NCBI GenBank assembly: GCA_965203515.1 | Contig: OZ241907.1 | Coordinates: 2,304,001 to 2,368,000, forward strand | DNA length: 64,000 bases | Reading direction: 5' to 3' | DNA from: Spirochaetia bacterium | Lineage (GTDB): Bacteria > Spirochaetota > Spirochaetia > SZUA-6 > Bin103 | In this document: positions 50,283 to 64,000 of the stretch, piece after piece | How positions within the stretch are numbered: the first letter of the stretch is position 1 | Layout: each line of letters opens with the position of its first letter | The notes under the pieces: generated by a model | Databases searched by the model: none | Seen by the model: only the letters and a program-made list of their open reading frames with translations | Told to the model about the DNA's origin: nothing | Translations under genes and position numbers: made by a program

Positions 50283-50566
50283 CAGACGCCCTCGAAGATT
50301 TCGATGCTCTGGTCGCCCGGCAGGGTCACGATCGCCTTCTTCCACGCGGCCGTGTACCCGCGCCGATAGCGGACGCGCTTCGGCTTGCGGGGGACGTTGA
50401 CGATATTGCAGCTCACCGGCTTGACCTTGAAGAGCCGCCGCACCTCGGCGAGCACCTGATGCTTGGACGCTCGCGGGTCGACGCGGAAGCTGTACTTGTG
50501 CGACGCGCGCAGGGCGTTCGACTTCTCGGTCACCAACGGTTCCAGAATGATCTCACCGGTCATCAC
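50282..50566 (-). CDS. rplW: 50S ribosomal protein L23
   Basis: PLVTEKS, WKKAIVTL. Confidence 0.96.
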   Translation of the reverse strand: MMTGEIILEPLVTEKSNALRASHKYSFRVDPRASKHQVLAEVRRLFKVKPVSCNIVNVPRKPKRVRYRRGYTAAWKKAIVTLPGDQSIEIFEGV

Positions 50567-51200
50567 CGCCTCCTCGATCTCCGCCGTAGCCAGCGTTCAA
50601 CCGGTCCACCGCCTCGCGCTGCAGCAGCACCCGGTCCCCGTACAGAAGCTCGTGAACCTGGAGCTGCCGGCTGGAGAGTATACGCAGCGAAGGCAGGTTG
50701 CGTCCGGCGCGCCTGGTCGCCGGGTCGTCGGAGGCCAGCACCAGCACCGTCTTGAGCCCCGGCGACAGGGCATGCAAGACAGCGGCCAGCTCGCGCGTGC
50801 GGCCCGACGGGGACTGCACGCCGTCGACGACCATGAGCTGGTCGCCGCGGCGCTTCGCGGTGAGCACCGAGCGGATCGCCAGCCGTTTCACCTTGCGCGG
50901 TATCCGATAGCGGTAGTCGCGCGGCTGCGGTCCGAACGTTATGCCGCCGCCAACCCGCAACGGTGAGCGCCACGACCCCGCGCGAGCGCGGCCGGTGCCC
51001 TTCTGCCGGTACGGTTTGCGGCCGCCGCCGCGTACCTGGCCCCGTCTCTTGGTCGCGGCCGTACCGGTGCGCCGGTTGGCCAGCTCGTTGCGCAGCGCTT
51101 CGTAGACGGCGCCGTCGCTCACCTCGATATCGAACACGCGATCGTCCAGCTCGATTTCTCCGGACTGGCTGCCGTCCGCGCCGATCACCGGGACCTTCAT
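50553..51200 (-). CDS. rplD: 50S ribosomal protein L4
   Basis: [24 protein letters not shown]. Confidence 0.97.
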   Translation of the reverse strand: MKVPVIGADGSQSGEIELDDRVFDIEVSDGAVYEALRNELANRRTGTAATKRRGQVRGGGRKPYRQKGTGRARAGSWRSPLRVGGGITFGPQPRDYRYRIPRKVKRLAIRSVLTAKRRGDQLMVVDGVQSPSGRTRELAAVLHALSPGLKTVLVLASDDPATRRAGRNLPSLRILSSRQLQVHELLYGDRVLLQREAVDRLNAGYGGDRGGGDDR

Positions 51201-51850
51201 GCCGCACCGCCGGTACCGTCGCCGCCGGCCGGCTTCTTCTTCGCGCTCGTCACCACCACGTGCCCGCCCCGGCGCCCCGGAATCGGACCGGCGATCATCA
51301 GCAACTGCCGTTCCGGGTCGACGCGGAGCAACTCGAGGTTCTGCACCGTAGCCCGGCGTCCGCCCATGCGGCCGGCCATACGCGTGCCCTTCAGCACCCG
51401 CGAGGGCCACGCGGACTGTCCCGTCGATCCGCCGGAGCGATGGAACTTGGAGCCGTGCGTCGCGCGCCCGCCCCGGAAGCCATGCCGCTTGATCACACCC
51501 TGGTACCCCTTGCCGAGCGACACTCCCCGCACGTCCACGAAGCGCCGGCCGGCGAAGATCGTCAGATCGAGCTGCTGCCCTACCTCAAACTCCCCGTCGA
51601 AGTCGCGCAGCTCCATGATACGGCGCGTGGGGTCGATGCCGTCCGGAAACTGACCGGCATACGGCTTGGTCAACCGCCGCTTGCGCGCCTTCCCCCAGCC
51701 AAGAACCACGGCGTCATACCCGTCGCCGTCGGCAACGCGGGTGCCGATCACGACGTTGGGCTCGACCCGCACGAGCGTGACCGGGCGCACCTCGCCCGCA
51801 TCGTCGAATACCTGCGTCATGCCGATCTTGACGCCGACCACCGCGACCAC
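51197..51850 (-). CDS. rplC: 50S ribosomal protein L3
   Basis: [26 protein letters not shown]. Confidence 0.97.
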   Translation of the reverse strand: MVAVVGVKIGMTQVFDDAGEVRPVTLVRVEPNVVIGTRVADGDGYDAVVLGWGKARKRRLTKPYAGQFPDGIDPTRRIMELRDFDGEFEVGQQLDLTIFAGRRFVDVRGVSLGKGYQGVIKRHGFRGGRATHGSKFHRSGGSTGQSAWPSRVLKGTRMAGRMGGRRATVQNLELLRVDPERQLLMIAGPIPGRRGGHVVVTSAKKKPAGGDGTGGAA

Positions 51851-51862
51851 GCCGCACGTCCC

Positions 51863-52174
51863 CTACTGCCTGATCTCGACGTCGACGCCGGCCGGCAGCT
51901 CGAGTTTCATCAGCGCATCCATCACGGCGCTGCTCGGCTCCAGGATGTCGATGAGCCGCTTGTGCGTCCGCATCTCGAACTGTTCGCGCGACTTCTTGTA
52001 CACGTGCGGGGATCTCAGCACGGTGAACTTGTTGATCCGGGTCGGCAGCGGGATGGGACCCGCGACCCGCGAACCCGCCTTCTGTACGGTCTGCACGATA
52101 GCGCGCGAGCTCTGGTCGACGAGCTCGATGTCGAACCCTCGCAGCCGTACCCGGATCCGTTCCGTAGCCATCAT
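51863..52174 (-). CDS. rpsJ: 30S ribosomal protein S10
   Basis: [25 protein letters not shown]. Confidence 0.98.
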   Translation of the reverse strand: MMATERIRVRLRGFDIELVDQSSRAIVQTVQKAGSRVAGPIPLPTRINKFTVLRSPHVYKKSREQFEMRTHKRLIDILEPSSAVMDALMKLELPAGVDVEIRQ

Positions 52175-52205
52175 CCGGTAACCTGAGTCCCGCCGCCTTC
52201 AAGCC

Positions 52206-53396
52206 TCAGTCGAGGATGTCCGTCACCGCGCCGGCGCCGACGGTGCGCCCGCCTTCACGGATGGCGAAGCGCAGCCCGCGCTGCACGGCGATCGTGTTGA
52301 TCAGATCGATGCTGAGCTCGGTGCTGTCACCGGGCATGACCATCTCCTTGCCCTCCGGGAGGGTGACGGTGCCGGTGATGTCGGTGGTCCTGAAGTAGAA
52401 CTGCGGCCGATAGCCGGCGAAGAACGGCGAATGGCGGCCGCCTTCCTCCTTGGTGAGGGCGTACACCTGCGCCTTGACCTTCCGGTGCGGCGTGATGGAG
52501 CCGGGCTTGGCCAGCACCTGGCCGCGCTCGACATCACTGCGCTCCACGCCGCGCAGCAACGCGCCGATGTTGTCGCCGGCCTGCCCTTCGTCGAGCAGCT
52601 TGTTGAACATCTCGACGCCGGTCACCACCGTCTTTTCGGTGTCCCGGATGCCGACGACTTCCACCGTCTCGCCCACCTTGATGCGGCCGCTCTCCACACG
52701 GCCGGTAACGACCGTGCCGCGGCCGGCGATCGAGAAGACATCCTCGATCGGCATCAGGAAGTCCTGATCGACGTCACGCTCCGGCAGCGGGAAGTAGGAG
52801 TCCATGGCTGCGAGCAGCTCCTCGATCGGCTGGTTCGCCTCCGCATCGTCCGGATTCTCCATTGCCGCCAGGGCCGATCCCTTGATGATCGGCGTCTCTT
52901 CGCCGGGGAACTCATACTGGTTGAGCACGTCCTTGATCTCTTCCTCCACCAGCTCCAGGAGCTCCTCGTCATCGACCTGGTCGACCTTGTTGAGAAACAC
53001 GATGATCGACGGAACCTCCACTTGACGAGCCAGCAGGATGTGCTCGCGCGTCTGCGGCATGACCGAGTCCGGCGCCGACACGACCAGCACGGCGCCGTCC
53101 ATCTGCGCTGCGCCGGTAATCATGTTCTTGATGTAGTCGGCGTGACCCGGACAGTCGACGTGCGCGTAATGCCGGTCTTCGCTCTGATACTCGACGTGCC
53201 TGGTGTTGATCGTGATGCCTCGCGCCTTCTCTTCGGGCGCGTTGTCGATCTGGTCGTAGGTCATCACCTTGTCGCCGTACTTCTTGGCGCAGTACTGCGT
53301 GATCGCCGCGGTCAGCGTCGTCTTCCCGTGGTCGACGTGGCCGATCGTTCCGACGTTCATGTGCGGCTTGGTGCGATCGAATTTCTCCTTTGCCAT
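52206..53396 (-). CDS. tuf: elongation factor Tu
   Basis: [31 protein letters not shown]. Confidence 0.99.
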   Translation of the reverse strand: MAKEKFDRTKPHMNVGTIGHVDHGKTTLTAAITQYCAKKYGDKVMTYDQIDNAPEEKARGITINTRHVEYQSEDRHYAHVDCPGHADYIKNMITGAAQMDGAVLVVSAPDSVMPQTREHILLARQVEVPSIIVFLNKVDQVDDEELLELVEEEIKDVLNQYEFPGEETPIIKGSALAAMENPDDAEANQPIEELLAAMDSYFPLPERDVDQDFLMPIEDVFSIAGRGTVVTGRVESGRIKVGETVEVVGIRDTEKTVVTGVEMFNKLLDEGQAGDNIGALLRGVERSDVERGQVLAKPGSITPHRKVKAQVYALTKEEGGRHSPFFAGYRPQFYFRTTDITGTVTLPEGKEMVMPGDSTELSIDLINTIAVQRGLRFAIREGGRTVGAGAVTDILD

Positions 53397-53425
53397 TCCC
53401 TTCTTGTCTCCTTGCCCGGCGCTCC

Positions 53426-55561
53426 TCAGGCGACGGGGGTCTGATTCCGTTCCGCCGCGCGGCCTGCGCGTTGGATGATCTCTTCCTGAACCGCAACGGG
53501 TACGCGGCGGTAGGCAGCGAACTGCATCGTATGATTGCCGCGCCCGCTGGTCATGGAGCGCAGCGCGGTAGCATAGCCGAACATGCACCGCAGCGGCACG
53601 GCGGCGGTGACCACCTTGCCGCCGAAGCGGTCGTCGACCGATCCGATCTGACCCGAACGAGCGCCCAGGTCGGCGATCACGTCGCCCAGATGCTCATCGG
53701 GCGCGCACACCTCGACGTCCATGATCGGCTCCAGGATCGCCGGTCCGGCGCGGCGCACCGCGTCGTGGTACGCCATCGTCGCCGCCACGCTGAAGGCGAT
53801 CTCGCTCGAGTCGACTTCGTGGTAGGAGCCGTCGACCAGCACGGCGCGAAAGTCGACCATCGGATAGCCGGCGATGGAGCCGGTCTCCTTGGCCTGGGCG
53901 ATTCCCTTCTGCACCGCCGGAATGTACTCCTTGGGCACCGCGCCGCCTATGATTCTGCTCTCGAACACGAAACCGGCGCCGGCCGGCAGCGGCTCGAACC
54001 GTATCACGACGTGACCGTACTGACCGCGGCCGCCGGTCTGGCGAACGAAGCGCCCTTCGGCCTCGGCCGTCCTGGTCAGAGCCTCGCGGTAGGCCACCTC
54101 CGGCCGGCCCACGTCGGCATCCACGGCGTACTCTCGCAACAGGCGCTGCACCAGGACGTCCAAATGCAGTTCGCCCATCCCGGAGATGATCGTCTGACCG
54201 ACTTCCGTGTCGTAGCGAACGTGGAAGGTCGGGTCCTCTTCGGAAAGCGCCTTCAGGGCCAGACCGAGTTTGTCGGACTCCGCCTTCGACTTCGGCTCGA
54301 TGGCGATCGACACGACCGGGTCCGGGAAGACCATCGACTCCAGCAGCAACGGCGCGCCGGCGTCGCAGAGGGTATCGCCCGTGGTGGTGCGCCGCGCTCC
54401 TACCAGCGCGCCGATGTCGCCGGTGCGCAGGGCGTCGATCTCCTCGCGGCGATTGGCGTGCATGCGCAGAATGCGCGTGGCGCGCTCGCGCACGTCCGCC
54501 GTGGCGTTGAAGAGGTACGAACTCGAGTGGAGCACGCCCGAGTAGACGCGCACGTAGGTGAGCCGGCCGACGTAGGGGTCGGTGGTCACCTTGAACGCCA
54601 TCGCCGAAAACGGCTCGTCATCGGCCGGCCGGCGGGCGACGTACTCGCCGTCGGCGGGCCGTATCCCCGACACCGGTTCCTTGTCCAATGGCGACGGCAG
54701 GTAATCGACGACCGCGTCCAGGAGCAGCTGGACGCCCTTGTTCTTGAACGCCGCGCCGCAGAGCACCGGAAACAGCTCACCGGCGCAGGTCGCCTTGCGG
54801 AGCACCTCCCGCACGCGGTCGACGGAGATCGGCCGGCCGTCCAGGTACTCCTCCATGAATGCGTCGTCGTGGTCGGCCAGCTTCTCGTACAGCTCGATCC
54901 GGTGTCCTTCGATCGTGGGCAGAAGGTCGGCCGGGATCGGTCGGGCGTGGTACTCGGCGCCCTGCCCGGAGTCGTCCCACTCGATCATCCGCATGGAGAT
55001 GATGTCGATGACCGCGGAAAACCCGGGGCCCTCGGTTACCGGAATCTGGATCGGCGCCGCGTTGGCGCCGAGTTTGTCGTGCAGCTCGTCCACGACGTGG
55101 GCGAAGCGGGCGCCGGTGCGGTCCATCTTGTTGACGAACACGATGCGCGGCACCTTGTAGCGGCTGGCCTGCTTCCACACCGTCTCGCTCTGCGGCTCCA
55201 CGCCGCCGACCGCGCAGAACACGGCCACCGCGCCGTCCAGGATGCACAACGATCGCTCCACCTCGACGGTGAAGTCGACATGGCCCGGCGTGTCGATGAT
55301 GTTGACGACGTGGCCGTGCCACGGGCAGGTGGTGGCGGCGGCGGTGATCGTGATGCCGCGCTCCTTCTCCAGGTCCATCCAGTCCATTTCCGCCTGGCCG
55401 TCGTGGACCTCGCCGAGCTTGTGCTTGCGCCCGGTGTAATAGAGCATGCGCTCGGTCGTGGTGGTCTTGCCGGCATCGATGTGCGCCATGATGCCGATAT
55501 TCCTGGTCCGGTTCAGTGGATGGGTCCGCCCCGATCCACGCCGGTTCGTCCGTTCCGCCAT
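53426..55561 (-). CDS. fusA: elongation factor G
   Basis: [30 protein letters not shown]; str operon position. Confidence 0.97.
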   Translation of the reverse strand: MAERTNRRGSGRTHPLNRTRNIGIMAHIDAGKTTTTERMLYYTGRKHKLGEVHDGQAEMDWMDLEKERGITITAAATTCPWHGHVVNIIDTPGHVDFTVEVERSLCILDGAVAVFCAVGGVEPQSETVWKQASRYKVPRIVFVNKMDRTGARFAHVVDELHDKLGANAAPIQIPVTEGPGFSAVIDIISMRMIEWDDSGQGAEYHARPIPADLLPTIEGHRIELYEKLADHDDAFMEEYLDGRPISVDRVREVLRKATCAGELFPVLCGAAFKNKGVQLLLDAVVDYLPSPLDKEPVSGIRPADGEYVARRPADDEPFSAMAFKVTTDPYVGRLTYVRVYSGVLHSSSYLFNATADVRERATRILRMHANRREEIDALRTGDIGALVGARRTTTGDTLCDAGAPLLLESMVFPDPVVSIAIEPKSKAESDKLGLALKALSEEDPTFHVRYDTEVGQTIISGMGELHLDVLVQRLLREYAVDADVGRPEVAYREALTRTAEAEGRFVRQTGGRGQYGHVVIRFEPLPAGAGFVFESRIIGGAVPKEYIPAVQKGIAQAKETGSIAGYPMVDFRAVLVDGSYHEVDSSEIAFSVAATMAYHDAVRRAGPAILEPIMDVEVCAPDEHLGDVIADLGARSGQIGSVDDRFGGKVVTAAVPLRCMFGYATALRSMTSGRGNHTMQFAAYRRVPVAVQEEIIQRAGRAAERNQTPVA

Positions 55562-55588
55562 CGTCGTGTCGTTACCCGTGTCTTCCGT

Positions 55589-56059
55589 CTACCAGCGGTA
55601 GTGCGCGAACGCCCGGTTGGCTTCTGCCATCCGGTGTGTGTCCTCTTTCTTCTTGGCGGCCGAACCGGTGTTGTGGTAGGCGTCCAGGAGCTCGGCGCCC
55701 AGACGCTCGGCCATCGAGCGCCCGCGGCGGGAGCGGGCGAACTGCAGCAGCCAGCGAATCGCCAGCGCCACCTGTCGGTCTTCGCGAACCTCCACCGGCA
55801 CCTGATAGGTCGACCCGCCGACGCGGCGCGACTTCACCTCCAGCAACGGCTTGATGTTGTCGACCGCCTTGCGGAACATGGCGATCGCCCCTTCATCTCC
55901 CTTGCCTTCCAGGAAGTCGAGCGCCTGATAGAAGGTACGCGCCGCCAGCGACTTCTTGCCGCGCAGCAGCATGCTGTTGATGAACCGCCCCGCCAGCGGG
56001 TCGCGATACCGCGCATCGCGCACGTCGCGCCGCTGCGTGCTCACGCTTCGTCTGGGCAT
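55589..56059 (-). CDS. rpsG: 30S ribosomal protein S7
   Basis: MPRR, RRVGGSTYQVP, MAEANRAFAHYRW. Confidence 0.98.
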   Translation of the reverse strand: MPRRSVSTQRRDVRDARYRDPLAGRFINSMLLRGKKSLAARTFYQALDFLEGKGDEGAIAMFRKAVDNIKPLLEVKSRRVGGSTYQVPVEVREDRQVALAIRWLLQFARSRRGRSMAERLGAELLDAYHNTGSAAKKKEDTHRMAEANRAFAHYRW

Positions 56060-56102
56060 TCCGTCGACTCCCTGCTTCTTCCGATTGCGATGCGGCCGAC
56101 CG

Positions 56103-56477
56103 TCAGGTCTTGGGCTTCTTGGTGCCGTACTTCGATCGGGCGCGCCGCCGATCGTCGACACCGAGCGTGTCCTTGGCTCCGCGCACCACGTGGTAGCGGA
56201 CCCCGGCCAGATCCTTGACGCGTCCGCCGCGGATCAGCACGACGGAGTGCTCCTGCAGGTTGTGTCCGATCCCCGGTATGTAGGCGGTCACCTCGACGCC
56301 GCTGACCAGCCGCACGCGGGCCACCTTGCGCAGGGCGGAGTTGGGCTTGCGCGGCGTGACGATCATCACCCGCGTGCATACCCCGCGCTTCTGCGGGCAC
56401 GACTGCAGGGCCGGGCTCTTGCTGGTCTTGATGCTGCGCTTGCGTCCGTTACGGACGAGCTGATTTATCGTCGGCAC
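56103..56477 (-). CDS. rpsL: 30S ribosomal protein S12
   Basis: [32 protein letters not shown] start with AGGA RBS. Confidence 0.98.
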   Translation of the reverse strand: MPTINQLVRNGRKRSIKTSKSPALQSCPQKRGVCTRVMIVTPRKPNSALRKVARVRLVSGVEVTAYIPGIGHNLQEHSVVLIRGGRVKDLAGVRYHVVRGAKDTLGVDDRRRARSKYGTKKPKT

Positions 56478-56601
56478 TCCTGTCTCCTCGTACTCCAACG
56501 ACCGCCCACTTCACGGGAGGCACCCTGTCGGCCGACGGAACCGCCGGCCTGCGACTCAGGCTGACTGCGGGTGTCTGCGGCTTGCGGAAAACCGAGCCGC
56601 T

Positions 56602-56737
56602 ACCCTACGCGCTGCGACACGGGGCGTCAAGTACCCCGACCTACCTTTTGGCGGAACGGCGATGGGCGCGCGTACCCCGTCGCCTCCGCTTCGGGCCCGC
56701 CGCCGCACAACGTACCGAGCCGGGCGGCGCGTGTCAA
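56602..56737 (-). promoter_or_regulatory. tandem sigma70 promoters of the str/S10 superoperon
   Basis: TTGACA(56737)-17-TACGTT and TTGACG(56630)-17-TAGGGT. Confidence 0.65.
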
Positions 56738-56780
56738 GCGGGGCGGGCCCCGTCCTGCCGGCCGGTCTCGGTGTGGCGGA

Positions 56781-61034
<4,254 letters not shown>

Positions 61035-61085
61035 GAGGTCCTCCCCTCCTGTCGGAACTCTGCGACCGCGGACCGCGAACGCCCA

Positions 61086-64000
<2,915 letters not shown>

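Overview
High-GC chromosomal window from a Spirochaetota bacterium. The assignment is inferred from 16S signatures, RpoB Asn at the E. coli S531 position, a SpiroCoCo-type coiled-coil gene and spirochaete-like gene order. Left to right: a nearly complete 16S rRNA gene (minus strand) with its promoter; a plus-strand operon ahcY-adk-gnd-SDR(UxuB-like)-LarA-family epimerase-HAD-acyltransferase; ricT/bactofilin/M23 and tatD; a grpE-dnaK-dnaJ operon extended by an orphan histidine kinase, two orphan DNA methyltransferase-like genes and rlmB; a Ca/Na antiporter; a TPR + beta-barrel + ExbB/ExbD + very long repeat-containing TonB module; der, GerMN, ymdB and rny; and the str-S10-spc-alpha ribosomal superoperon preceded by rpoB-rpoC. 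No CRISPR array, tRNA or mobile element was found. Best leads: (1) the Ton-energised TPR/barrel envelope machine with a 19 x 30 bp repeat linker; (2) the kinase + twin-MTase cassette in the heat-shock operon with no nuclease; (3) the nickel-pincer sugar-acid epimerase route into Gnd; (4) resistance-type substitutions in the decoding centre (16S U1409-A1491 and G1192; S12 K42R and P90A). All family calls come from motif recognition by eye, not database searches.
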